Shown piece after piece: positions 1 to 8,447 of a stretch of DNA of 64,000 nt. How positions within the stretch are numbered: position 1 is the stretch's first letter; each line of letters begins with the position of its first letter. This DNA is from Polyangiales bacterium. Its GTDB lineage: Bacteria; Myxococcota_A; Polyangia; Polyangiales; Ga0077539. Both the position numbers and the translations under genes were made by a program. The notes under the pieces were generated by a model that saw only the letters and a program-made list of their open reading frames with translations, searched no databases and was not told where the DNA came from. The stretch spans positions 288,001 through 352,000 of the forward strand of contig JBGARZ010000002.1 in the NCBI GenBank assembly GCA_044229975.1, read 5' to 3'.

Positions 1-2
1 GC

Positions 3-584
3 CCGGCAGGGTCCATCTGCACCAACAACTGGCTGCAGCTCATGACCGGTCAGACCGAGGCGGCGGGCTGCCTGCCGTTCTGCACCGAGGACAGCCAGTG
101 CGCGGGCCTCACCGCGGGTGACGCCTCGCTCATGCGCTGCAACGTCCGCACGGGTCGCTGCGCGAGCGCGCCGGTCAACATGGCACTCCTCCCCGACGGC
201 TCGGCCTGCAACCCGATGCTCGCCCAGAGCAGCGGCGTCAACCCGTGCCGCGGCATCTGCTTCGCGGTCACCACGGGTCGGCCGACCGAGGGTCTCTGCG
301 GGTCGTTCATCAACCTCCGCGCCGCTGCGGATGGCTGCCCCGATGGCGCTTCGTTCCAGCCGCGTGGTCCGGGAGACAACCTCTCGGTCTGCATCTTCAA
401 GGACTGCGACAACAACACGCAGTGCGAGGGTGATCTGCGCTGCGTGTTCCCGGAAAACGCCATGGGCATCATCGCCGGTCAGCCCGCGAGCTGCGGCTAC
501 CGCACGACGCTCCAGCCCAACGGCATCCCGCTCGCCGGTGCTGACGGTGGCGTCCCCTCGGACGCCGGCATCCCCACCGACTGA
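3..584 (+). CDS. 3' part of a Cys-rich secreted/lipoprotein (5' end lies outside the window)
   Basis: The frame is open from base 3 (PAGSICTNNWLQLM...). It has many paired Cys (CxxDxxC-type motifs) and an acidic DGG..DAG tail typical of myxobacterial exported proteins. Confidence 0.7.
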   Translation, partial: PAGSICTNNWLQLMTGQTEAAGCLPFCTEDSQCAGLTAGDASLMRCNVRTGRCASAPVNMALLPDGSACNPMLAQSSGVNPCRGICFAVTTGRPTEGLCGSFINLRAAADGCPDGASFQPRGPGDNLSVCIFKDCDNNTQCEGDLRCVFPENAMGIIAGQPASCGYRTTLQPNGIPLAGADGGVPSDAGIPTD

Positions 585-636
585 TCGCTCCCACCTCCCT
601 CTCTCTCCTCCCTTCAAGACCACTCACCCCCCGCCT

Positions 637-659
637 GCGACCGTTCACCGAACGGTCGC
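637..659 (+). terminator. Stem-loop after the Cys-rich gene (possible terminator)
   Basis: Perfect 10-bp inverted repeat GCGACCGTTC-acc-GAACGGTCGC. No U-tract follows. Confidence 0.4.
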
Positions 660-718
660 GGCGCAGGGTGATTCACGCCTTGACCTCCCGAGGTCTTTCC
701 CACTACTCCCAGCGCGCG

Positions 719-1468
719 ATGAGCGAGCACGACAACGGCCACACGCCGGCCGAGCCCCGACCCCACCCGCGTCTCTCGGTGGTGATCCCGATCTACAACG
801 AAGAGAAGATCCTTCACGCCGCGGTCACCGACCTGCGCGACCAGCTCACCGAGTTCGGGTGGCCCTTCGAGATCATCCTGGCCGAAAACGGCTCGCGCGA
901 CGGCACCGTCCCCCTCGCCCGCGCGCTCTCCGAGAAGTACCCGGAGGTGGTGTCGTTCTCGCTGGGTGAGCCCAACTACGGCAAGGCCCTGCGCGAGGGC
1001 ATCTTCAAGGCCCGCGGCGAGTTCGTCATGTGCGACGAGATCGACCTCTGCCAGATGGACTTCTACCGCCGCTCGCTCGACGTGCTCACCCAGGACGAGG
1101 CCGACCTCGTCATCGGGTCGAAGGTGCTCGAAGGCGCCTCCGACGAGCGACCGATGGTGCGCCACGCGGCCACGCTCTTCTTCAACGGCCTCCTGCGCCT
1201 CACGCTCAACTTCAAGGGCACCGACACGCACGGGCTCAAGGCGTTTCGCCGCACGGCCATGCTCGACGTGGTGCGCGCCTGCCTCGTCGACAAGGACGTC
1301 TTCGCGAGCGAGCTCGTCATCCGCGCCGAGCGCGGCGGCGTTCGCATCAAGGAGATCCCGGTGCGCATCCTCGAGAAGCGCCCGCCCTCCATCAACCTCT
1401 TCAAGCGCGTGCCCAACGTCCTCAAAAACGTCGGCAAGCTCTTCGTCGCCATCCGCATCAAGGGCTGA
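719..1468 (+). CDS. Glycosyltransferase family 2 (polyprenol-phosphate sugar synthase-like)
   Basis: LSVVIPIYNEE, ENGSRDGT, NYGKALREG and TDTHGLKAFRR motifs. Confidence 0.9.
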   Translation: MSEHDNGHTPAEPRPHPRLSVVIPIYNEEKILHAAVTDLRDQLTEFGWPFEIILAENGSRDGTVPLARALSEKYPEVVSFSLGEPNYGKALREGIFKARGEFVMCDEIDLCQMDFYRRSLDVLTQDEADLVIGSKVLEGASDERPMVRHAATLFFNGLLRLTLNFKGTDTHGLKAFRRTAMLDVVRACLVDKDVFASELVIRAERGGVRIKEIPVRILEKRPPSINLFKRVPNVLKNVGKLFVAIRIKG

Positions 1469-1513
1469 CACCGCGCTCCCCTCTCCCCGGGGAGCGCCGT
1501 CGCCTTCAGCGCA

Positions 1514-3145
1514 TCAACGCTCTTCCACCGCGACCACCAGCGTCGGCCGCCCGGCCGTCTCCGGCAGCACCCGCCGCGCCGCTCGTCGCGCCGCCTCGCG
1601 CACGGTCTCCGCGCCCGGTCGCGGCTCCGACCCGGCGTGCTCTCGCACCGCGCGCTCCACCGCGTCGCGCAGCTTGTCGACCATCTCCGGCGACGTCACC
1701 ACACCGCGCGCGAGCACGCCCACCGACCCGTCGAGCCGCCACTGCGGCGTCACCGGAACCGTCACGAACAGCGCCCCCGACTCCGCCATCATCGCGCGCT
1801 CCTTGAGCACCTCGGTGGGCACCTCCTGCCCGGCGTCGATGTGCACGCGACCGACGCGCACCGACGCGCCCGTGCTCAGCCCGTTGGAGTCGACGAGCAC
1901 GGTCTGACCGTTCTCCACGAGCTCGACCTCGGAGACGCCCAACGTGCGCGCGAGCTTCGCGTGCTGCATCAGGTGGTGGAAGCTGCCGTGCACGGGAACG
2001 AAGCCGCGCGGCTGGATCCACTCGATCATGCGCGACTGCTCCTCGCGGCACGCGTGACCCGAGACGTGCACCGACGGATCGGTCGCCGGGACGTGCACGT
2101 CGATGCCCTTGCGCTCGAACTCGCAGACGAGGTCCCACACCGCGCGGTCGTTGCCGGGGATGGTGCGCGCCGACAGGATCACCGCGTCGCCCGCGTTGAG
2201 CTTCAGCCGCGGATGGTCGCCCCACGCGAGGCGCGAGAGCGCGCTCTGGGGCTCTGCCTGCGTGCCCGCCGCGATGACCAGCAGCTCCGAGCGCGGGACC
2301 TCCCTGGCGCGATCGGGCGACACCATGAGGTCGCCGGTGAACCCGAGGCGGCCGAGCTCCGTCGCGGCGCGCGAGTGCGTCTGCACGCTGCGGCCGATGA
2401 GGCAGATGCGGCGGCCGGTGGCGCGCGCGACCTCACCGAGGGTCTTCAGTCGGTAGATGTTGGACGGGAAGATGCCCACCACGACGCGGTGGCGCTTGGA
2501 GGCGATGAGCGTGCGGAGCGTCGCGGCGACGTCGGCCTCGCGCCCGGCGGTGCCCGGCACGTCGACGTTGGTGCTGTCGGAGAGCAGCAGCGAGACGCCC
2601 TGCTTGCCGAGCGCCTCGAAGCGCTCGCGGTCGTACCCCTCGCCATCGAGAGGACCATCTTCGAGCTTGAAGTCGCCCGTGTGGATGACCATTCCGCCGG
2701 GGGTCTCGATGGCCAGCGCGGTCGCGTCGGGGATGGAGTGCGTGACCCGCAGCGGCTCGACCCGGTAGCGGCCGACGGAGAAGCGCTGCCGCGGAGTGGT
2801 GGGGTTGAGCTCCATCTCGGGGACGTCGCGAAACTCCTTGAGGCGCTCGCGGATGAGGGCGAGCGCGTAGGGCGGAGCCCACACCGGGCACGGGACCTTG
2901 CGGAGCAGATACGGGAGCGCGCCGATGTGGTCTTCGTGGCCGTGGGTGATGACCACCCCGCGGAGGTCGTCGGCGCGCTCTTCGAGGTACTCGAACAGCG
3001 GGTGGATGACGTCGACGCCGTACTTCTCTCGCGGGAAGGTGATGCCGCAGTCGACCACCAGGATGCCGTCGGGCGACTCCAGGGCCATGCAGTTCATCCC
3101 GATCTCACCGAGACCCCCCAGCGGAACCACTCGCAGATAGCTCAC
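1514..3145 (-). CDS. rnj: Ribonuclease J
   Basis: PLGGLGEIGMN, THGHEDHIG metallo-beta-lactamase motif, HTGDFK, DSTN, HVSGH, PVHG. Confidence 0.95.
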   Translation of the reverse strand: MSYLRVVPLGGLGEIGMNCMALESPDGILVVDCGITFPREKYGVDVIHPLFEYLEERADDLRGVVITHGHEDHIGALPYLLRKVPCPVWAPPYALALIRERLKEFRDVPEMELNPTTPRQRFSVGRYRVEPLRVTHSIPDATALAIETPGGMVIHTGDFKLEDGPLDGEGYDRERFEALGKQGVSLLLSDSTNVDVPGTAGREADVAATLRTLIASKRHRVVVGIFPSNIYRLKTLGEVARATGRRICLIGRSVQTHSRAATELGRLGFTGDLMVSPDRAREVPRSELLVIAAGTQAEPQSALSRLAWGDHPRLKLNAGDAVILSARTIPGNDRAVWDLVCEFERKGIDVHVPATDPSVHVSGHACREEQSRMIEWIQPRGFVPVHGSFHHLMQHAKLARTLGVSEVELVENGQTVLVDSNGLSTGASVRVGRVHIDAGQEVPTEVLKERAMMAESGALFVTVPVTPQWRLDGSVGVLARGVVTSPEMVDKLRDAVERAVREHAGSEPRPGAETVREAARRAARRVLPETAGRPTLVVAVEER

Positions 3146-3369
3146 ATATTCCCTTTAGGCTTCGCGGCGACGCCGTCACGGCCTCTTGAAGGTGCGCGCC
3201 CGGGGCGTAACCGCAGGCGCGGCGCAACCTACGTCCCGGCTCTCCGCACGGTCAAGCGTCGCCGCGCTCGCGTCGGCGATGACGCGCGTTGACGGTGCTC
3301 TCGCGCGCATGTTAGCCCCTGCCGCCGCCTCGTTCGGGTCGTCTCGGACGGATGGGGCACCGGAGGTCC

Positions 3370-5253
3370 ATGCGTCGCCCGTCGCCTGCCGCTCTCGCCG
3401 TGATCGTCGCCGCGTTCACCCCCGCCGCGCTCGCTCAAACCGCCTCGCAGACCCCCGCCCCCACCGCCACGCCGTCGGTCGACTCCGCGGGCATCAACAT
3501 GGCCGCCGCCACGGCGGAGGAGCGCACCGCCACGACCGGCGATCGCCCCACGCCGACGCCACCGCCGAGCAACCTGCTCGACCGCATCGGCAGCATGTTC
3601 GAGATCCACGGTTACCTCCGCGTGCGCCCCGAGTGGATGCACCAGTTCGACCTCGGGTGGGATGACATTGCGCTGCGCGATGTGCGGCGCGACATCTACG
3701 CGCAGTCGCAGCTCCCGTGGACCCGCAACCCAGACAACGGCGTCAGCCTCTGCCCCGGCAGCGGCCTCGGCCCGATGGGTGATCGCTGCACGGGCCGCAC
3801 GCAGACGATGGCCAACATGCGCTTCCGGATCAACCCGGAGATCCATGTCACGGACAACATCGCGATCTACTCGCAGATCGACATCTTCGAAAACCTCATC
3901 CTCGGCTCGACCCCGCAGGGCTTCTACACCCGCGGCCAGGCGTCGCCCTGGGCGCCCGTCGGCGCCTTCACGCAGACGCAGGTCGCGCCCACCGAGCAGA
4001 ACAGCCTCACGCCGTCCATCCTCGTGAGCCGCGCCTGGGCCGAGGTCACCAACCAGAACCTCGGACAGATTCGCTTCGGCCGCATGCCCGGCCAGTGGGG
4101 CCTCGGCATCCTCGCCAACGCCGGCAACGGCATCGACAGCGACTACCAGACCCACACCGACCGCATCATGTACGCGGCGCGCATCCGCCCGCTGCACCTC
4201 TTCCTCGCGGCCTTCTATGACTTCGCCTCGACGGGCCTGACGTCGCAGACCTTCCTGCGCGAGCCCGGCCAGGGCCAGCCCATCGACGTGTCGCAGCTCG
4301 ACGACGTGAACCAGTTCGGCCTCGCGCTCGGGCGCCGCGTCGATCCCGCCGAGGCGCGTCAGCGGCTCAACCGCGGACAGCTCGTCATCAACGGCGGTCT
4401 CTACGGCCTCTACCGCAACCAGCAGCTCTCCTCCGAGCTCGCGGGCGTCGGCGGCACCGGCAACGTCGACCAGCGCACCGTCGGCACCACCGATGCTGCG
4501 TCCGCCGGCCTCATCAACCGCAACGCCTGGGCCGTCATCAGCGACCTGTGGTTCCAGGTGTTGCACCGCAATTTCCGCTTCGAGATGGAGGCCGCGCTCA
4601 TCTACGGCGAGACCACCATCAACCGCACCGCCGCGCCCAACCAGCAGCGCTACGAGCTCGCGCAGTTCGGCGGAGCGATGGAGTTCGAATACCGCCTGCT
4701 CAACAACCGCCTCACCATCGACTTCCGCACCGGCTACGCCAGCGGCGACAGCGACGTCGAGGGGCTCAACTTCCAGAACAGCTTTACGCCCCCCATCCGC
4801 GGCACCACGAAGGCGTTCACGACCTTCCGCTTCCACCCCGACTACCGCGTCGACCTGATTCTCTGGCGGCAGATCATGCGGCAGATCTCGGGCGCCTACT
4901 ACTTCCGCCCGGCGGTGAGCTACGCCTTCGTCAACTCGCCCGGCGGCGATCGCCTCTTCGCCCGCGTCGCCGGCATCTGGTCGCGCGCCAGCGATCCCGT
5001 CCAGACCCGCGGCAACGCCGCCGACCTCGGCATCGAGCTCAACGCCGAGGTCACGTACCAGTCCAACTTCCGCGACACCACCCTCGGCGATCGCCCTGGC
5101 GCGGGCTTCTTCGCGTCGCTCCAGTACGGCGTGCTCTTCCCCATGGCGGGCCTCGGTCCGCGCGACGACGAGCGCAGCAGCTCGTCCTCCTACTCGGGCT
5201 TCAGCTTCAGCACCGCGCAGACACTCCGCGGTGTCGTCGGTGTGATGTACTGA
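3370..5253 (+). CDS. Myxobacterial outer-membrane beta-barrel protein (TIGR04551-like)
   Basis: GGAGG RBS, signal peptide (PAALAQ), FEIHGYLR, ANMRFRINP, RAWAEV, GRMPGQWGLG, FRFHPDY, and a terminal aromatic residue (GVMY). Confidence 0.8.
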   Translation: MRRPSPAALAVIVAAFTPAALAQTASQTPAPTATPSVDSAGINMAAATAEERTATTGDRPTPTPPPSNLLDRIGSMFEIHGYLRVRPEWMHQFDLGWDDIALRDVRRDIYAQSQLPWTRNPDNGVSLCPGSGLGPMGDRCTGRTQTMANMRFRINPEIHVTDNIAIYSQIDIFENLILGSTPQGFYTRGQASPWAPVGAFTQTQVAPTEQNSLTPSILVSRAWAEVTNQNLGQIRFGRMPGQWGLGILANAGNGIDSDYQTHTDRIMYAARIRPLHLFLAAFYDFASTGLTSQTFLREPGQGQPIDVSQLDDVNQFGLALGRRVDPAEARQRLNRGQLVINGGLYGLYRNQQLSSELAGVGGTGNVDQRTVGTTDAASAGLINRNAWAVISDLWFQVLHRNFRFEMEAALIYGETTINRTAAPNQQRYELAQFGGAMEFEYRLLNNRLTIDFRTGYASGDSDVEGLNFQNSFTPPIRGTTKAFTTFRFHPDYRVDLILWRQIMRQISGAYYFRPAVSYAFVNSPGGDRLFARVAGIWSRASDPVQTRGNAADLGIELNAEVTYQSNFRDTTLGDRPGAGFFASLQYGVLFPMAGLGPRDDERSSSSSYSGFSFSTAQTLRGVVGVMY

Positions 5254-5257
5254 GAGA

Positions 5258-5277
5258 CATTCCCTGTCACGGGAATG
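5258..5277 (+). terminator. Hairpin right after the porin stop codon
   Basis: CATTCCC-tgtcac-GGGAATG inverted repeat 4 nt after the TGA. Confidence 0.4.
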
Positions 5278-5314
5278 ATTGCGCCGTGACGTCGCGGCGC
5301 GCTACGACCCGCCC

Positions 5315-6721
5315 GTGAAGGACACCGCCGTCTTCGTCTGTCAGTCCTGCGGCGCGTCGCAGCCCAAGTGGTCCGGTCGCTGCCCCGCCTGCGGCGTCTG
5401 GAACAACATGGTCGAAGAGCGCGCCCCCCGCGGCCGCGCAGCCCGCGCGCGCAACGCCATCGCGGTGTCGGCGGGGGGCGGCGCGGTCTCCCTCGACGAG
5501 GCGATGGACGCCGAGTGCCCCCGGGTCGAGACGGGCCTCCCGGAGTTTGACCGCGTCCTCGGCGGCGGTCTCGTGCATGGCTCGGTGGTGCTGCTCGGCG
5601 GCGAGCCCGGCGTGGGCAAGAGCACCCTGCTCCTCCAGGTGGTGGCCGCGCTCGTGGCGCGTACCCGCGGGGAGGACGTTCGCGGCGGCGTGCTGTACGT
5701 GAGCGGCGAGGAGTCGGCCTCGCAGGTGGCCTCGCGCGCACGGCGCCTCGGGGTGGCGGGTGACGCGGCGCTGAAGCTCCTGGCGACGGGCGAGCTCGAC
5801 GCCCTGGAGGCCGCGGTGGCGAAGATCGACCCGTCGGTCATCGCCGTCGACTCGGTGCAGACGATGCGCGCGACCGACCTGGAGAGCGCGGCGGGCAGCG
5901 TCTCGCAGCTCCGCGAGGTGACGGCGCGGCTGGTGACCATGGCCAAGCAGCAGGGCCGCACGGTGCTGCTCGTGGGGCACGTCACCAAGGACGGATCGCT
6001 CGCCGGCCCGAAGCTGCTGGAGCACCTCGTCGACGTGGTGCTCGCCTTCGAGGGACAGCGCTCGGGCGGGCCGCGCATTCTGCGAGGCATCAAGAACCGC
6101 TTCGGCGCGTCGGGCGAGCTGTGCGTGATGGAGATGACCCGCGACGGCCTGCGCGAGGTGGCCGACCCCTCGGCGCTGTTTCTGGCCGAGCGCCCGAAGG
6201 ACGTCCCAGGCTCCGTGGTGGTGTCGTCGGCCGACGGCGCGCGCCCGCTGCTGCTGGAGGTGCAGGCCCTGGTGACTCCGTCGGCGGCGCCCAACCCGCG
6301 GCGCATCGCGACGGGCGTGGATGGCACGCGGCTGTCGATCCTCGCGGCGGTGCTGGCCCAACGCGCGGGGCTGCCGCTGCGCGACCGGGACGTGTTCGTA
6401 TCGGTGGCGGGCGGCGCGTCCATCGAGGAGCCCTCGGTCGACCTCGCGGTGACCTGCGCCGTCGCGTCGAGCGTCGTGGAGATGGCGATGCCGTCTGACC
6501 TTGTTGTGTTTGGCGAGGTCGGCCTCGCGGGAGAGGTGCGGGCCGTCCCGCGGTGCACGCCGCGGTTGGAGGAGGCGCTCAAGCTCGGCTTCAAGCGGGC
6601 GCTCATCCCGAAGGCCAATCTCGATCGGGGGGAGGTTCCGCCCGGCATCACGGCGCACGGCGTCGCGCACGCCCGGGAGGTTGCCGCGTGGATCGAGCGC
6701 CGGGCCCGGTCGCGCGACTGA
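5315..6721 (+). CDS. radA: DNA repair protein RadA/Sms
   Basis: CxxC-CxxC zinc ribbon, Walker A GEPGVGKST, KNRFG motif, Lon-like C-terminal domain (GEVGLAGEVR). GTG start is inferred. Confidence 0.96.
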   Translation: MKDTAVFVCQSCGASQPKWSGRCPACGVWNNMVEERAPRGRAARARNAIAVSAGGGAVSLDEAMDAECPRVETGLPEFDRVLGGGLVHGSVVLLGGEPGVGKSTLLLQVVAALVARTRGEDVRGGVLYVSGEESASQVASRARRLGVAGDAALKLLATGELDALEAAVAKIDPSVIAVDSVQTMRATDLESAAGSVSQLREVTARLVTMAKQQGRTVLLVGHVTKDGSLAGPKLLEHLVDVVLAFEGQRSGGPRILRGIKNRFGASGELCVMEMTRDGLREVADPSALFLAERPKDVPGSVVVSSADGARPLLLEVQALVTPSAAPNPRRIATGVDGTRLSILAAVLAQRAGLPLRDRDVFVSVAGGASIEEPSVDLAVTCAVASSVVEMAMPSDLVVFGEVGLAGEVRAVPRCTPRLEEALKLGFKRALIPKANLDRGEVPPGITAHGVAHAREVAAWIERRARSRD

Positions 6722-6779
6722 TCGTTGGGCAGCGAACCACTCACTAAACGCGCGAGCAGCGTTTGCGGTGGGCGAGCGT

Positions 6780-6795
6780 TTACCGTTACTGGTAA
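6780..6795 (+). promoter_or_regulatory. Palindrome next to the MarR start (candidate autoregulatory operator)
   Basis: TTACC-N6-GGTAA lies 3 nt before the ATG at 6799, in an AT-richer intergenic stretch. Confidence 0.4.
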
Positions 6796-6798
6796 GGG

Positions 6799-7263
6799 AT
6801 GTCCGACCGCCTGCCCAAGTCGCTGCGCGAGAGCCCACTGTTCCTGACGGCGCGAGCGGCGCAGGCGCTGAGCCAGCGCTGCCGGGAGGCGTTGTCGAAG
6901 GCGGGCTTCGAGGACGTCGGCGCGCCCGACCTCGCGGTGCTCGCCGCGCTGGAGGGCCTCGACGGCGGAGAGAACCCCTCGAAGCTGGCGCGCACCCTGC
7001 GCTACGAGAAGTCCACGCTCACCCCCATCCTGCTGCGTCTCCGCGAGGCGGGGCTCATCGTCCAGGAGAAGGACCCCAAGGACGCGCGGGCCCTCCGGGT
7101 GACCATCACGAAGAAGGGCTCGAAGCGCCGCAAGGAGGCCGAAGCGGTGATCGAGGAGACCACCGCGGCGCTACTGAGCGACGTGCCGAAGAAGGTGCTG
7201 CGGCACCACGTGGAGTTCTGCGAGTCGGTGCTCCGGGCGGTCGAGAGCGACGAGGAGAAGTAG
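6799..7263 (+). CDS. MarR-family transcriptional regulator
   Basis: Winged helix pattern [35 protein letters not shown]. Confidence 0.9.
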   Translation: MSDRLPKSLRESPLFLTARAAQALSQRCREALSKAGFEDVGAPDLAVLAALEGLDGGENPSKLARTLRYEKSTLTPILLRLREAGLIVQEKDPKDARALRVTITKKGSKRRKEAEAVIEETTAALLSDVPKKVLRHHVEFCESVLRAVESDEEK

Positions 7264-7303
7264 TCTCCACGGGTCGCGGCGAGCGCTGGTAGAGTCGCTC
7301 TCC

Positions 7304-7462
7304 ATGAGGCGCTACCGCTGCACCGTGTGTGACCACATCTACGACCCGGCCGAGGGAGACCCGGACTCTGGCATCGCGCCGGGGACGCCCTTCGAGAGCT
7401 TGCCCGCCGACTGGTCGTGTCCCGACTGCGGCGCGCAGAAGGCGGACTTCGAGCCCATCTGA
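7304..7462 (+). CDS. Rubredoxin (52 aa, absent from the ORF track)
   Basis: Hand translation [52 protein letters not shown], with two CxxC motifs and the GT.F..LP.DW.CP.CG signature. Confidence 0.95.
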   Translation: MRRYRCTVCDHIYDPAEGDPDSGIAPGTPFESLPADWSCPDCGAQKADFEPI

Positions 7463-7481
7463 CGCGAAGGTGGAGGACGGC

Positions 7482-8447
7482 GTGACGCTGCGGGCGACGG
7501 TCGAGCGGGAGGTGCCCATGCGCTACCGCGACGGGGCGGACGACGGCACCGATCGACCCGCGTTCGTGCGCGCGGGCTCCGGTGTGACGTGGTGGCAGGG
7601 ACGACTCGCCGTGGTGCAGGACGACACGGCGTTTGTCGCGCTCGTCGACCCGGAGACGGGGCTCGCCGACGCCATCACGCTGCCCTCGACGGACGGCGTT
7701 CGGCAGTTTGGTAATGACCGCGGCAACAAGCACCTCAAGGCCGACCTCGAAGCCGTGCTCACGCTCCCCGATGGACGGCTGCTGGCCTTCGGATCGGGGT
7801 CGACGTCGGCCCGCGAGCGGCTCCTCCTGCTCGACGTCGACGGCTCGCCGCGGTGGGTCGACGCGGCGCCGCTCTACCGCGCGCTGCGTGAGGCGCGGGC
7901 GTTCTCGGGGAGCGAGCTCAACATCGAAGGCGCGACGGTGCGCGGCGATCGGGTGTGCCTCTTCCAACGGGGCAACGGCGCGGTGGTCGACGGCGTCGCT
8001 CCCATCAACGCGACGGTGGAGCTGTCGCTCGAAGAGCTCCTCGCGTCGCTCTCGCGGTGGGTGTTGGGCCTCGACGCTCCGTCCCCCGCGCTCGGCGAGG
8101 TGCGAGCGTACGACCTGGGCACCGTCGCGGGGGTCGCCCTGAGCTTCACCGACGCGAGTCCCTGGTCGGCCGCCCACCCGGGGCGCATCGCGTGGATCGG
8201 CGCCGCCGAGGACTCCCCGGACACCTATCGCGACGGCGAGTGCGTGGGCGCCGCGCTGGGGTGGATCGACCCGGACGGCCGCGTCGCGCAGGCCCCGCTG
8301 CGAACGCCCGACGGCGCGCTGTACGCGACGAAGGCCGAGGGTCTGGTGTTCGACCGCGACGACCCGACGCTCGCGTGGGTGGTGTGCGACGTCGACGACC
8401 CGACGCGCCCGTCGTGCCTGTGCCGCGTGCGCGTCGTCACCGGGTGA
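7482..8447 (+). CDS. Beta-propeller-like hypothetical protein (DUF6910/DUF6929-like)
   Basis: GGAGGA RBS then GTG. Motifs AGSG, QDD, KADLEA, FGSGS, LNIEGA, SFTDA, AAED and KAEG. Confidence 0.7.
   Translation: MTLRATVEREVPMRYRDGADDGTDRPAFVRAGSGVTWWQGRLAVVQDDTAFVALVDPETGLADAITLPSTDGVRQFGNDRGNKHLKADLEAVLTLPDGRLLAFGSGSTSARERLLLLDVDGSPRWVDAAPLYRALREARAFSGSELNIEGATVRGDRVCLFQRGNGAVVDGVAPINATVELSLEELLASLSRWVLGLDAPSPALGEVRAYDLGTVAGVALSFTDASPWSAAHPGRIAWIGAAEDSPDTYRDGECVGAALGWIDPDGRVAQAPLRTPDGALYATKAEGLVFDRDDPTLAWVVCDVDDPTRPSCLCRVRVVTG

Noticed and set aside
585..635. Pyrimidine-rich tract as a microsatellite or ncRNA
   Set aside because: It is short and imperfect, with no recognisable structure beyond the adjacent hairpin.
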